This document shows, in pieces, positions 12,011 through 26,880 of a DNA stretch of 58,781 nucleotides; the first letter of the stretch is position 1; each line of letters starts with the position of its first letter. Source of the stretch: Elsinoe ampelina (taxonomy: Eukaryota); NCBI GenBank assembly GCA_010093995.1, contig ML992504.1, positions 1,849,394 through 1,908,174 on the forward strand, in the 5' to 3' direction. The position numbers and the translations under genes were made by a program. The notes beneath the pieces are model-generated. The model searched no databases and had not been told where the DNA came from. It saw only the letters and a list, made by a program, of their open reading frames with translations.

Positions 12011-15000
12011 CTCCTGCTTAGCTCCTATAGATAAGCTATTAGGTTAATAATAAGCTAAGTTGCTTTATAAACCTTATAAAGATCTAACCTTATAATAGCT
12101 TAGTTAACCTATTAGCTACTATATCTACTCTCCTTATAAACTTTACTTAAATCCTCTAGTCCCTCTATAGCCTCCTAACGTAGTAGTAAGTAACATTAAT
12201 ATACTTTACCCTTTTATAAGTATATAGCTCTTTTATAAGTAAAAGAGCTACTTAGTTATTACTATTAATCCTAGTAGTAAAGAGTAATCTTATTATTACT
12301 TTCTAAGATTCCTTTATAATTAGTCTCTATAGTAATTGCCTAACTATCTTATAATAGCCTATGTCTTTTAGTAACTAAGATAGGAACTATAATCTCTTTA
12401 TATAAGAGTATATTACTATATATTTAGCCTCTATAGTAGAGGTTAAAATAGACTTCTACTTTCTACTTATTTAGCTAATAGAACTACCTACAAGTATAAA
12501 GATATATCTAAGAATAGAGACCCTATCTAACTTGTCTAAGGCATAGTCTAAATTAGAGTATTCCTTAAGAGTCTTATTTCTATTCCTTCTAAATATAATA
12601 CTAAGATCTTTAGTTAATCTAATGTATCTTAATATCTTCTTTATTTTAATAGTATAACTATCTATTAGATCTGCTATAAACTAACTTAGCCTTCCTAAGG
12701 CAAAGGTAGTATCTAGCCTTATTAGGGTACTAAGGTATATCTAGCTTCTAATAGTATATAAGTACTTAGTTTTACTAAACCTTATATTATCTTCCTAAGC
12801 TCTTTAAGGGAGCTTATTATCTATTAGCTACTTTATTAGAGTGACCTTATTAGAGGTTATATTAAGCCTCTATAGCATATTATCTATATAGTAGGTTTAA
12901 TTAAGTCTTAAGGTGCTTTATTATCTATCCCTTATAACTTTAACCCTAAGAACTTTATTAACCTTACTAAGATCTTTAATCTTAAAGATCTTACTAAGTT
13001 CTTACTTAAACTACTAAATATTCTTCTTGCTTTATACTATAAATAGTATATTATTAACATAAACTAAGAGAATAATCTTCTTATTATAGTATATAAGAAG
13101 ATAGAGATCTACTTCACTCTAAGTAAAGCCTAGCTTTAGGAGCTTAGAGATATAATACTAGTTCTAGTCTCTAGTAGCTTACTTAAGTCTATATAAGCTC
13201 CTTAGAATCTAGAAGGCAAATCTAGGACTAACCTTTAGTCTAGGTAGTAGCCTTATATAGATCCTTTTATAAAGAAAAGACTTTATAAAGGCGTTATTAA
13301 TATCTACCTAGTAATACTTAAGGTTATATATATAAATAATAGCAAAGAATAGCCTAAGTGTATCTACTCTAACTATTAGTATAAATATGTCTTTATAGTT
13401 AATACTATACTTCTATAAGAAGCCTCTAGTAACTAGTCTAGCCTTAAACTTTTTAATAGAGCTATCTATATTATACTTAACATTAAAGACCTATTTAGAT
13501 GTTACTAAGTTAGATCTCTTTAGAGAAATAACCTCTTTCTATATATTGTTTAAGTATAGAGTATTAAGCTCTATATTAATTACTTTCTGCTATTTGCTTC
13601 CCTATACTAGATTAGTAATAGCCTTATAGTAGTCCCTTAGGATTAGGACATGTTACTTAATAGAGGCTATTATAGTAATCTTATTAACCTTATTTTACTA
13701 ATTAATATACTTAGTAATAAAAGCTCTATAGTACTTAGCTTTAGAGCCTTTATTATTAGAGTTATTATCTCTTAATCTCTTAAGTAATTAACTTATATAG
13801 TTAGTTAGTAAAGATTAAACTATTAGCTCTTTTCTATATTAGAAATCTATAAGGTTAATAGAGTTAACTCTTAGGATCTTAATATATAAGAAGATTCTTC
13901 CTATAGGTACTTTATTCTAAATAGGCTAATTTAGTTAGTCTATCCTAGATCTAACCTTAGTCTAAATCTAAGTTAGTCTACTAACTAGTCTTCTAACTAG
14001 TGCTTAATTACTTATAGTATTAATCCTAATACTAAGATTAATATTACTACCTTTCTTAAACTTAAAGAATTTAATACTTAGTAATATAATTACTACCTTC
14101 CTATTAGGTATCTATATCTTGTATATTCTATTAGATCTATCTATATAGCTAAGAAATACTTCTACTCTCTCTCTATCTATAAGCTTATCTTTTCTTCTAT
14201 ATATAGAAAGGGACTTTAGGTTTATATAGGTATATACCTTATAGCTCTAGACCCTAATATAATTAACTAATAGCTTAATACCTATATAGGCCTTAATAGG
14301 TATAACTTGCTTATTATTAATTATAGGTCTAGTTACTGTCCTGTTTCTTAGATATGTATCTACCTAAACTACTTTAGGCTAGAACTTATTTAGCATCTTT
14401 AAGTCCTTAAGTATTACTCTTATACTATTCTCTAAGGTTTAGATACCTTTCTCTACTAGTCTATTCTAAATTAAATTATATAGCTTAGTAGTTATGTAAT
14501 AGATGCCTTCTTAGTACTTCTACTACTTTAGGATCTTATTAAGTTTACTAGTATTATCTAATCTAGTAACCTTAACCTTAGTATTACTCTCCTTCTTAAC
14601 CCTTAGCTTCTACTTAATAAGCCTTTATAGAGCTTCATCTCTTATCTTAAGTAGTATAATCTATATTATTCTTAAGTAGCTATCTATAAGCTTAAGAAAG
14701 TATCTAAATCCTTCCCTACTTACTTTAATAGAACTATAGATATCTATATAGATAAGCTAAAGAACTTTAAGTCTTCTTTATAAGGTTTTACCTCTTCTAT
14801 TTCTTATCTTTATAAGGGAATAGACCTTATATAGAATAGACAGATTATAGTTTAGGTTAATAGGTTTCTTAAGAGTTATAACTTTATAAAGATCCCTAAG
14901 CTTCTTAATTCTAAGGTAAGTAAATCTCCTATACTAGAGCTAATACTCTATCTTAGAGTTATTAGGTCCTAAGTTAATAAGATTCTCTTATTACTTATCC

Positions 15001-15060
15001 TAGGTTAGATATATATACTTAGTCTATAATATAATTATAAACTAGATAGTAAGAAATGCT

Positions 15061-18000
15061 TAGTGTAACTATTAGGGTAGGGTTAGGGCAGCCGAAGGCT
15101 AACCTTAGTACTAGTATAGAGCTATTCTTAGTAAGTCGGCACCTAGTACTAAACTAAATAGCACTAGCTCTATACCCTACTATATTAGTACTAGTACTAG
15201 TACTACGCCGAGCTATACTAGTACTAGTACTACACTATAGTTAAGTAAGAATAGTACTATACTATAATAGCGCTATACTATACTACGATAGTACTATACT
15301 AAATTAGTACCGGAGTTAAATCTTAGTATTATACTACGTTATAGTACTACGCCTTAGTTAGGCTTTAAGGCGACTATAGTTACTATACTATACTTTAGTA
15401 TTATAATAAGTCTATAGAAAGGAAATTTAATAGTCTAGTCTATATAAAAATACACCTGCCTATTTCTTATAGTCTATTCTTATAGTATTATAGAGAAGAG
15501 GTCTTACTAATTAGAGAAAGTAAGTAAGTAGTACTTGTTATAATATTTTCTAGTAAGCTAAGAGTCTTTCTATATAATAGTATAATACTTAGTATAGATA
15601 GCGTTAAGATTATAATCTACTATAGTTATTAGTATAAGGTATTATATATTTTAAATACATAGTTAATATACCTTTAAAATATTCTACTAGTATTACCTTA
15701 CTTACTTCCTAAAGACACTTAATAGTATCTAGCGTAAAGCGTAAATCTCTACTTATAAGTGTTAACTTAATATCTTACGTAATGTCGTAAACAACGTAGA
15801 AGAAGAGAAGCTTATATATAAGAAGTTTAGTTATCTTCTAGTAGCGATAAATCTCTCGAAGGGTAATAGCTATACTATATTAGATATAAGACTATAAGAA
15901 TTTACTATAAGAAACTAACTGCCTAGCTTAAACCTATAGCTCTTTACCTAGCAAATTTGTCTAGTTAATACTAGTCTAAATTTTATTATATAACTACCTA
16001 TAGTAGGCTTTTTAGTAGCGGTTTTCTTAGCGTCTTACTTCTTTAGCTTTACTCTTTTTAGAGGTGTTACTTACTTCTTATAAGCTATAGCTATATAAAT
16101 TTATTAAATTAATTATTAAAATTTGTTTATAAAGGTAGAGAAGAGTAAGGCAAAAATACTAAGAGTAAGATATTAAGCCTTATTAAGGAATTTATAATAG
16201 TATATAGAATATAAATTTTGTATTATTATTCTCTACTATAATAACTTTATATTAACAATATTAACAACTTTATATTAGTATAATAATAGGATTAATACCT
16301 ATTATTACTTGTATTTCTAGCTACTCTATTTACTATATGTATAAGGAATACTAAATTCTTTTCTTTTTATCTTCTCCTTATAAAACTTATATCTTATATC
16401 TTGCTCCCTATTATACTTAATATTCTACCTTCTCTTATAAATTACTACTAATTCTCGATCTATAATATCTACTAATTCTATAGATTAGTAAACCTTTAGT
16501 AAAGAGAAAGAAATAACTAATACTTTAGTAATTAAGACTAAAGAAATAACTAAGGAAGAGAAAGTAATTCTTACTATAATAGGAGTAATTCTTATAGATA
16601 CTTCTTATAGTTAAATACTAACTAGACTATAGAGTTTTAATTCCGAGGCTAATAAGATTAAATACTAGATTAAAAATTGCTCTTAGAATACTAGAACTCC
16701 TTACTATAGCTACTCTCTTAGAAATCTATAGTAGAAAGCATAGCTTAGTAATACCTAGTAAGCTATTTAGTAAAGAGATTACGCTATATAAGCTAGTATA
16801 GAGGAGAAAGCCCTTACTACTACTAGTAATACTAATTACTCTATAAAACATATATTTAAGGTAAAACTTAAGAACTCTAAGGAATTCTAAGTAATATTTA
16901 ATAAGGAGAAAGAAGCTACCTTTAATATAGTATATAAGAAGATAGCGGAGACTTACTATTATACCTAGTAGAGTAGTATATTTCTTATAGTATATTCTTA
17001 CGGTATATCTACTAATTCTATATAGAGGAATAGTTAGAGAATAAGTTTATATCTATCTACTAAAAATAGAGTAGTATTTATAAAGCTAATACTCTTCTTT
17101 GCTATAAGTAACTCTTTACTAATTATATAAAGAAGATGCTCTATAATAAGATAAATATATTTCTAAATTATTAAGTAAAACATCTTCTCGGCACTAGTAG
17201 AATTCTTAAGAAATAGACCTATAAGATCTACCGCAATAGTATTAACTTACTATATAATACTAGCAACTATAATAATAGTAACTAAGCTAAGTTTAAGAAG
17301 TTTATTAAGAATATAATACCTACTAAACTCTAAGTAGTTTAGGTAGATAATTAGATATATATTATTTCTTATAGTTGTTTCTTATAGTTATATACTAATC
17401 TATTAAAGTAAATACGAACCTACTCTCGAATTAGAATTTAAGTACAAGAATAATAATATTTTACTTAAATCTAATAATTACTACGTTAAGTATAGTAATA
17501 ATAAGGTTAAAGAAGAAGTCGAGAACGACTCTAAGATTAAGAACCTTCTTAATAAGAAACCTAATAAGTATAAGACTAAGGAAGTAGCTAAAATATACCG
17601 TAAGGTAGTTACTACTAGAGACTTTAACAATTCTAATAAAGAGAATTAGAATAAAGATAATAATAAGGCAATAGATAAAAGTAATAATAATAAGGAGAGT
17701 AAGGGTAAGGACAATATAGATAAGAATAAATAGATTAACCTTAAGTTAGGAAAATTAAACTATAGTTTTAGTAGCTTTCTAGTTCTATACTATTAAAAAT
17801 TTTTTAATCTATAAATTAAGAGTAGCTAATAGATTCTTATAGAGTATTCTTATAGTCTTCTACTCCTTGTTATATAGCTAGTAATATTCTATATCTCTAC
17901 TCTTAAAATGTTAGTATTTAATAAAGACTTAGTTAATTCTTAACTATAAATACTCTTAGAAGTTATTATACTACTACTATCTCTCCTCTACGAGCTTAAA

Positions 18001-21000
18001 GAGTTCTATATTAATTGCTAGAATAATCTATTCTCTACTTAATTCTATAAAACTATTAAAATTGTTAGCTGTCTACTCTACTAACTAGATATACTACTCG
18101 AAGAATAGCTAGCTATATAAGCCTAAAAAACATAGTAGCCTATAATATTAATAGGTAGTAAATTAAGAGTTAGCGGAATACGAAACTTACTAAACTAGAA
18201 TTCTATAACTCGCTATAGAGTTATTTAGGCTAACTTTAATAAAGGTACTAAGCTTGCTAATAGAACACCTCTCGTATATTGTCTCTACTATAGTAGAGCT
18301 TTATAACACCTAATAATAAACTTGATTAGTAATAAATACCTAATAAAACATCTCGGATGCTAAAGCTACTAAAATATAAAATCTTCTAGCTATAAATAAT
18401 TAGTAGCTTAGATAGCTCTAATATAATTAAATACGAACGCTACTAGTACTATATTCTATATACTATAATTCTCTCTAGAACAATTTAAAAAAGAGCTTAT
18501 TAAGGTCCTTATTAATTATAATTAGTTATTCTAAATAGTCGATAATTCCTCCTTTCTCTAATTTATATATTTCCTCTAGCTATATACTAATATTCTAGGT
18601 TAGACACGGGCCTTAAAGCTATTAAAAGAGCACTATAAGGACATTTAGTCTAATCTTCTTACTAATCTTAGTAGTTAGATAAAAGTTTTAATTACGCTAG
18701 ATAGCTAGTCTACGAATAACTATCTAAGTTTTATAGCTATAAAGGTATACTATATTAATAACAACTAGTAAGTATATAAGTGCCTACTAGATTTTATACT
18801 AATTAGTAAACAGTATACTAGAGTTATGCTTAGCATAGAACTACTAAAGGTTCTAAATGAAAAAAAGATTAACATATACCTTCTTACTATTATAGTAGAT
18901 AATATAAGTAACAATAACACTCTATAATCTAAAGTATAATAAGATCTTAAGAAGAAAAGTATATACTAGTCCTCTATTAAGAATATAATTCTATATCTAG
19001 CCTATGTAATTAATTTTATTATATAAGATATTATTTAAGCCCTATAGCTAGAAACTACTAAGGACGATAAGAAAGCTAATAAGCTTAAGAAGTAGTATCT
19101 CTATAACATCTAAATAACTCTATTAGTTTCGAATTCCCTCTATAAAGTAAGTTATATTTCTTATAGTTCTTTCTTATAGTTTTTTAACTAATTTTAAAGC
19201 TCTATATAATTTGTATTATAATTAACTAATCCCCTTAACGCTACTAACACTTTAAATCTCTTTAAGTATATCTACCTCCTCGTAAACGACTCTTAGTCGT
19301 TTAGGACGTTTATATCTATTAGAACTTAATATATAATATATATAAGCGAGCTATTAAACTTTAACTAATTATTAATAAATAGCTTAACGTAGAGATTATA
19401 ATTATATATAAGCCTTAAACTAATAAAGCGCTAGCTAATTAAGATATAGCATCTATTAATTATATAGATATAAAACACCTTTACCTTAGCTATACTAAAT
19501 AGGCATATCTAAAGATTATTATCTAAATACTAGAGAATTTTAAGGATGTAACTAACTAGCTAAGTTAGTCTTATACGCTATTAGTACAATATATATAGCT
19601 TATATATAATACTCTTTTTGACTTTCTTAACGTAGTTAAGTCTACTTAGGAAGAGAATAATAACTTAGACTAGCTATTAGTTATATAAAATATAGTAAAA
19701 GCTAGTTACACTAAGCTTTCTAAGTATTATAAGTAAATAAGTAAAGGTTAAGGTTTCCTGTTTAATTATAGCATAATCTTAAATCTAACTTAGAAACTTA
19801 GTATATATAAGTATACTTCGTAGGAACTACATTTTAAATTACTTTACTATAAATAGTTCCTTAACTATCTTAATTACTATAATAATAACTACTCTTCTTA
19901 AACTACTCTCCTGCCTCCTCTACTAGCCTTATCTATTACTTACTAGTTTAAGAAGCCTTCCTTATTAAACATAGAGAGTAGCTTTACACCTCTAGTATTT
20001 AGCTAAGATAATACACTTTTATAAGAGTAGAGCAATATTTATATAACAAGGATAGAAGAGAAGAATTATCTTAGAACTTTACCTATATAAGAAATATTAG
20101 AATTTAATATTCTTTCTTAGTAGAAAGAAAATAAGTACTTATTCCTACAACTAGCTCGTGTTACTTATAATATTCTTATAATACTAATCGCCGGCGTAGG
20201 TGTTAAATATGTTTTTAATATAGCGAAGAATATTATTAGTAATTAAAGACATAGACTACTTCTATAGATAATTTAACAAATTATAGTCTCTAAGCTAGTA
20301 GAAAACAATCTTTAAAACATCTAATCGGCTAAGATAGACAATTTTACTACTACTAATAATAATACTAATAGCGGAATAGATAGTATAAGTAACAACTTTA
20401 GAGATATTACTACTTATAGTTTAAGCGATAAAGAGGTTAACAAGGAAGAAGAGTATAATAAGGACAAAGATCTACTATATAACATTACTAAGGTTAGAGG
20501 CTAGTATTCTAAGCGTATCTAGTTAATAGCCTCTAAGCAATAACGCTCTTATAGTATCTATGCTAATACTTACTCTAAAGCACTTCTACGTATACCTTCT
20601 CTATTACTATATATAATTCTACCTACTAATACTAATAGTCTTCCTTTGTTAGCTACACTAAGGAAGCTTATTCCCTTACCCGCTAGTATCTTTAATATAA
20701 CTATATTTATATCTATGTTAGTTATACTAGATTCGCTTATAAAAACGTTAATAAGGAAATTATATAGATCGACTATAATATAAAGGCTAAAGCTATAACT
20801 AATCTCTACGCTACTCTTCTTATTATTAACCTTAATAACTATCCCTACTATAGTACCTACGACCTTAGCTAACTTATTACTAACGCTACTCTCTACGCTA
20901 TTACTAATATCTACCTTATTATACTCTCGACTTCCTTACTAGGTTTAAGCCCGATAATAGTTAAGTTACTTTCTAGAATAATACTAATAGTAAAGAGAAT

Positions 21001-22906
21001 AATAAGGGAGGTACTTCTACTACTAGTACTAATAGTGCTACTTAGGGTAGTAATATAACTACTAGTGTAGCTAGAGGTAATATAAATACTCTTACTTTAA
21101 GAGCTTATATATGCCGTTGTTATAGTTAATTTTAGCTACTTACGAGAAGAGGTAATATAATTAAGTCTTTATAAAGTATAAGTCTATATTATTAATAACT
21201 ATCTAAAGCTATTAGCCTATTAACGCTTTAACTACGCTACCTTAATTAGATTAGTTATTAGAAGAAATACTATTATTACTATCGTTAATATAATCTAACT
21301 CCTTCTACTTATATTTAATATTATAGCGTATAGTAAAGAGTAAGAGTAGATCTACTCTTCTGTCGAGAATAAGACAATTAATAGTACGCTATATGTTAAT
21401 TAGGTTAAAGATGTTATTAGTCTATAAGATATTATACTAATATTTGTTAGATTATAGAGAAAGATTAGATTAGAAACACCTATAAAGTTATAAGGGGTAT
21501 TATAAGTATAGTAGGCTTTATAGTAAAGTACCGAATCTCTATAGTTATTATAGATATATTTAGCCTAGATTTCGTAGTTGTTATTAAAGTTAAAATATAT
21601 AAGAGTTATATAGTAGATATAGGCTTTACACTAACGTAGGTATAAGAGCCTAGCGTAGTTACTAGGAGTTATCTTATAAGGCTAAAAGGGAATTAGATCT
21701 ACTAGGTCGGAGTAGAGTTAAGCGTAAGAAGGAGGCATTATAGAAAGTAGTATTAAACGATAAGAAAGAGAAGTTTAAGAGGAAGAAGAAGAAATAGTAA
21801 CTAAAAGGTATATATATCTAGCGTTACCTATTATAAGAACGACAATATAGATAATAGCTATTGTCTATTATAAAAAAACAATAATACTAACAATAGCTAT
21901 TATTAAATAATAGCTATTATTATACTAAGGGATATAAGTAGATTATTAGCTAAGTTACTTCTTTCTCTCCTTAGAAACATTTAAATAACTATCTAGTATA
22001 CCTTTACGTCGCTATAGTATAACTTATACTAATAGTTGCTAGAATTTAAGTAAATCTACTACTATGTCTACTACTTACCTCTCTATTATTCGTTAGGCTA
22101 ATATTACTTACTATAAATTTATTAATAACCTTTAGATAGAGATTAAGGCCCTAGATAGCCTTATACTTACTATTAACTAGTAATCTAATAGTATTAAGGC
22201 AATTCGTAACTATACTATAAGTTAGTAGAAAGGCTAAACTACCTAGAACTAATTATTCTAGTCTTAGACTCTACCCGATAGCTTTAGTACTTCGGTTTAC
22301 TAGTTAAGAGTTATAATTTATATAAGGGTAAACTTACTAAGGATAGAATGTCCTCTAGATAAAGTAGATAATAAGATAATAAAGTATTAGTTCTAGGTAG
22401 TATATAGCTTACTAGCTAAGTATATAAAATAGACTTATAGGGGTTATATAGATAATGTTAATTAGGTTAATCTTCTATAAATTACTATTAGGTCGTAATT
22501 ATATATAAGGGTTAATAATTAATAACTTTTGCTTCTCTCTAGTATCCTTTATCTACTATAACTTTAAGTGTTTAGAGTAGAAAAGTAATAAGAGTTATAG
22601 GACATAGTAGTTACTATAAGAATTTACTATAAGAATAGTAACCCTAGTATAGTGCTAGTAAAGGTACACTAAGGACTTAATAGCACTACACTACTTATCT
22701 ACCGACCTAACCTAGTACTATACTACGTCTAGAATATACATAACTCGACCTATACCTAGTACTAGTATAGTACTATTATAGCTATAGTACGGAGCTAGTA
22801 CTAGTACTACTAAGCCCTTAGTAGTACTACGCCGGCTAGAAGCTAACCTAAACCCTAGTATAGTACTAAACCTAAAGGGGCTAACCCTACTCTAATAGTT
22901 ACACTA
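15061..22906 (+). mobile_element. hAT-family DNA transposon, 7846 bp, RIP-inactivated
   Basis: TIRs tagtgtaactattagggtagggttag / ctaaccctactctaatagttacacta, imperfect 8-bp TSD gaaatgct/taaatact, and subterminal arrays of tagtacta-like palindromes at both ends. Transposase relics: BED-finger-like region near 18270-18370, ITLD(GW)S at 18691, (C)LA(H)VIN near 18991, and C-terminal dimerisation motif ILS(WW)KEN..LF(P)QLAR.....L.I(P)IAGVGV(E).VF near 20110-20220. Confidence 0.88.
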
Positions 22907-24784
22907 TAAATACTAAATTCTAATTAGCTAGATCTAGAATTAAGCTAGGCTTAGATCTAGAATATAGCTTTTAATTAGCTAATTACTTAAAGAGGAATTA
23001 GATAATATATAACCCCTCTCGAATTCTAGCTTTAAGTAATAGTTGCTTTTACTAATTAAGGATAAGAAAAGAATTTAAATTAAGAACTCTAGAAACCTCT
23101 AAATCTAAGTATAGCTTATAATAGAAGACTAAATTTACACTAAGATTAGGTATATAAAGAGCCTATACCTTTATCTTATCTCTCTTCTTAGTCTTAATAA
23201 CTATAGTTTCTATTAACTATAACTAAAAGTGACCCCTCCTAACCTAGATCTATTAAGTGCGAATCTTACTTAATAGGCCTCTAAAGAGAGTTAGCTTGTC
23301 TATTATATAGTTAGATACTCTAGAGTTAAGCATCTACTAATAGTGTAGAAGCTTACCTTAAACCTCTAATATAGAACCTATAGTCTTAAGCTCTTTATTA
23401 CTAGAAAGGACTTCTAGTAGTAGAGATAGAGATATTAATAGTAGACCTTCTTTAGTAGCTAGATAGGCTTTACCTTTCCTCTTTAACTTAGCTACTTTAA
23501 GAGAGTCTATTCTCTTAGTAAGCTACCTTATAAGTCTAATTAGTTTCTAACGTTTAGGTAACTATCTCCTTATAGAGCTACTTCTTTTAGTAACTCTATA
23601 GAATAGCTAGATATACTTCTTAGCTTATTAGAGATAAAGACACCTAGAAATAGTATATCTAGGTTCCTTATATAGGATATATATATAGCTTAAGCTTCTA
23701 CTAGTTCCTTATTATAGTCTGCCTCTTATAAATATTACTATATCTAGCTTCTTTCTCTAATCCTCTTTCTCTCTTAAAATGCTTAGAATAGTTTTAATAT
23801 CTAGCCTAGGCTAGATATTAATACTATCTCTAATAGATTACTAAGATTCTAGGAGAGTACTAAGGAGTTACTATAGCTTAGTAATAGGGAGTTCTATCTA
23901 CCTAGCTTTAGGTATAATATAGATAATCCTTCTTACTAGCTAAGTTAGATATACTTAAGCTTCTATAATAGAGGTCTTCTCTAATATAGTATAGTTAGAG
24001 AACTCCTTTATAAGCTACCTACCTATAGATATAAGCCTCTTAGTGTATTTAGCCTTAAGTATATTCTATACCTACCTTACTCTTGTCTTGCCTTAGATAA
24101 GAAGGTTATTCTTATAGTTAATATAAAGCTTAATCTAGTATAGACAAAGGGCATTAGCCTTTCTAGTCTATAGTAAATACTAGGACTAAGCAATTAGTAT
24201 AGAGGTAGTTAAGAAGGATAGTATATTTAATAAAGAAGCTATTAATAATAATAGTAAATTAAAATTAGCTATGTTATTATTAAGGATATAGGTAACTTCT
24301 TTTATCTTAAGTTATAATTTTATTATACTAAACTAGTGCTTATAGTTTTTATAGCTAAGTTCGGCTATAGGCTTTCTAATTAATAATATATCTATAGTGG
24401 AGAATAAAAATTAAATAAATAAATAAAGGTCAAGTTCTAGAGGTTAATAACCTTTAAGTTAATATAGTTAATAAGGCTAGCTTAGCCTTAGAAGGAACAA
24501 TTAATAAAAACAAAGTTGTTTAGTTATTTATAGCTAATAAATAGTAGCTATTATACAATTATAGAAATAAATCTATAGTAGACATCTTAATTATATTCTA
24601 CTTAATGTACTAAGTAACTAGTCTTTTACGCTTTATACTACCTCTACTAATCTGTCTAAGATTAAGATAATAGAGAGGAAACGGAGGAGAATACTAATAG
24701 AATCTAGCCTAATTTTAATAACGTAGATACTTAACTACGATATATATAATCCTATACTTGTGCTATAGCTCCGAGCTTATAACC

Positions 24785-24987
24785 TATTAAGTAGAAGACA
24801 TATTTAGGAGTAGAATATTATATAGAACTAATCGTATACTAATTAGGTAATAGACGAGTTAGTTAATTAAAAGAAGTCTATCTACTAGAAGAAAGAATAG
24901 CTATAAATCCCTAGGCCTTAGTATTATATAACTTAAGGTTATATAACTTTATAGCCTAATTATCTAAAGAGAGCTATATTCTTAACA
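24785..24987 (-). repeat. Nested Copia 5' LTR
   Basis: 203-bp direct repeat of 11808-12010, adjacent to a PBS-like motif. Confidence 0.93.
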
Positions 24988-26173
24988 CTAACTAGGGAAT
25001 AGAATATAGGCTACAACTATTAAGACTCTAAGTGCTAGTAGCTATTAAATACCCCTCTATATTATTCTTAAAGGTAGTAATATTAATATTAATTAAAGCT
25101 ACTAGCTTACTTAACTATTACTATAAGATAGTATATAAAATAGTAAGATAGTAGTATTATAAAATAGCTAGTTAGATAAGAATTATACTATTAAGTAGTT
25201 ATATCTTTTTTGTAAGTATATAAGACCTTACTATCTAAATTTAATAAAGGAGGTAAAAGAGAAGAATCTCTAGCACTATAAAAGGCTACTTATTATAGAT
25301 AGCTATAGTATATACGAATTACTTCTCTTTTTATTACTTACTTAGAGTAAAGGCCTTATCCTTCTTATTCTCTCTATATACTTAATATACCTTCTTTAGC
25401 CTCTTAATATCTTAATCTTTATAGCTCTAAAGGCTAGCTATCGATATAAAATCTAAGCTAAAGTATACTAAGTAGTTAATAAAATTATATATGTTAATTT
25501 TATTAAGGCCTATTTAAATATTTATAATATTACTTTTAATTATAACGCTTAACTTAACGCTTTTAAAGCTGCCGGAATTTAGCTTTATAATTTATACTAA
25601 GTGCTTAATTAACTTAATAGTCTTATAGCCTTATTCTTTTAAGTCTCCTTAGATAGCTCTCTACTAGACGTTACTCCTTTTACTCTTAATATTACGCCTT
25701 AAACTTAGTATTATTTCGACTATTAGCTTAGCTACTTATAGTACCTTAGCGACCTTATAGTAGAAGTAATAGTAGAGAAGTTATAAAAGAAGTATAGTAT
25801 TACTACTAACACTAATATACTTCTTTATAAGAGAGTAGCTAAGTTAGAGAAAGAGGTAAGAACTAAAAAGGTATAGCTTAAGAATTATATAAAGGCTAAC
25901 ACGTAAGTACTTAATATTAAAGACTTAATTAAAAAGTATAAATAGTAATAGCTACTTAAATAGCTTAAGGAGGAGGCTTATATTACTTATACTTAGCGCT
26001 AGTAAGCTTAAAAGCACTAATAATAGTATAACACTATAAGTCGCTCTTTAGCTATAAAGACTTATAAACTTAAATAGTATAATTTACCTATAAGTAATTA
26101 AGGTAGTAATACCTTAACGCTATATTCTAGTATAATAATTATAAGAAGAGAATTAAGCCTTTAAAAGCCTTAT

Positions 26174-26221
26174 CTAACTTATAATTTAACTTATAATCTA
26201 ACTTATAATCTAACTTATAAT
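26174..26221. repeat. 12-bp tandem repeat (ctaacttataat x4) inside transposon B
   Basis: Read directly from the sequence; one copy begins with t instead of c. Confidence 0.85.
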
Positions 26222-26550
26222 CTACTACTTAATCGAGTAGTTAAAGGCTAGCTAAAACGAGAAAGTATATAAATTCTTACTTCTTAGTAAACTTTTTATA
26301 CTAATCTTTACTTTCTTTATTATACTAACCTTCTTTATTACTAATACTACTAGCCTTTATAACGCCTCTCTAGCCTTACTAGTCTCTAATATTCTTCTTC
26401 TCCTTTCTAGTACTACCTTTTATACTATTACTACTCTCTCTACTACTCTCTCTAGCCTTACTAACTTCTCCTCTATTAATTTTATAACTCTTACCTTAAT
26501 TATAAAGAGCTTAGAGACTACTATAGGAAGTAGTTAGCTAGAGTACTTAG

Positions 26551-26603
26551 AGCACTTAGCTTTTAAGTACTTAGCCTTTAAGTACTTAGCCTTTAAGCAC
26601 TTA
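26551..26603. repeat. 15-bp tandem repeat (agtacttagccttta x about 3.5) inside transposon B
   Basis: Read directly; on the minus strand the unit reads as in-frame KAK(C/Y)L. Confidence 0.8.
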
Positions 26604-26880
26604 AAGCACTTAGCTTCTAGAAGTGCTAGATAGTTAAGAGTTATAAACAACGCCTTTATATAATAGCTAGTGGTAGATTAAGCCTATTATACCTTTTTTA
26701 AGCCTTAATTTTTAAGCCCTTAAGAGTAAGCCTATTATATCTTTTTTTAGCTTTATGTTTTAAAGCATTAAGAAGAGAGTGTATAAGGGCTTTTAGCCCG
26801 CCAAGATGTGTTTAGCCCCGCCAAAAAGACGCCTTTTCGCATACGCTAACGGGCGGCTGCCCTATCTCTATCTGGAAGGT

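Larger units (their letters stand above)
11808..24987 (-). mobile_element. Ty1/Copia LTR retrotransposon (about 5.3 kb net), RIP-inactivated, interrupted by a hAT element
   Basis: 203-bp LTRs (11808-12010, 24785-24987), TSD CTAAC (11803-11807, 24988-24992) and PBS-like GGTTATAAGCTC on the minus strand next to 24785. Minus-strand LLVYV(DD)IL near 13050-13070 and RNase H VA(DG)LTKLL near 12094-12120; integrase lies upstream of RT (Copia order). Confidence 0.92.

Noticed and set aside
15072..15088. TTAGGG-TAGGG-TTAGGG, telomere-like repeat
   Set aside because: It lies in the hAT terminus, is largely mirrored at the other end, and such motifs arise readily by RIP of G-rich sequence; too short to be a telomere.
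15100..15410. Repeated tagtacta palindromes with spacers (also 22690-22870), superficially CRISPR-like
   Set aside because: Irregular spacing, eukaryotic context and location at both ends of the hAT identify them as subterminal repeats.
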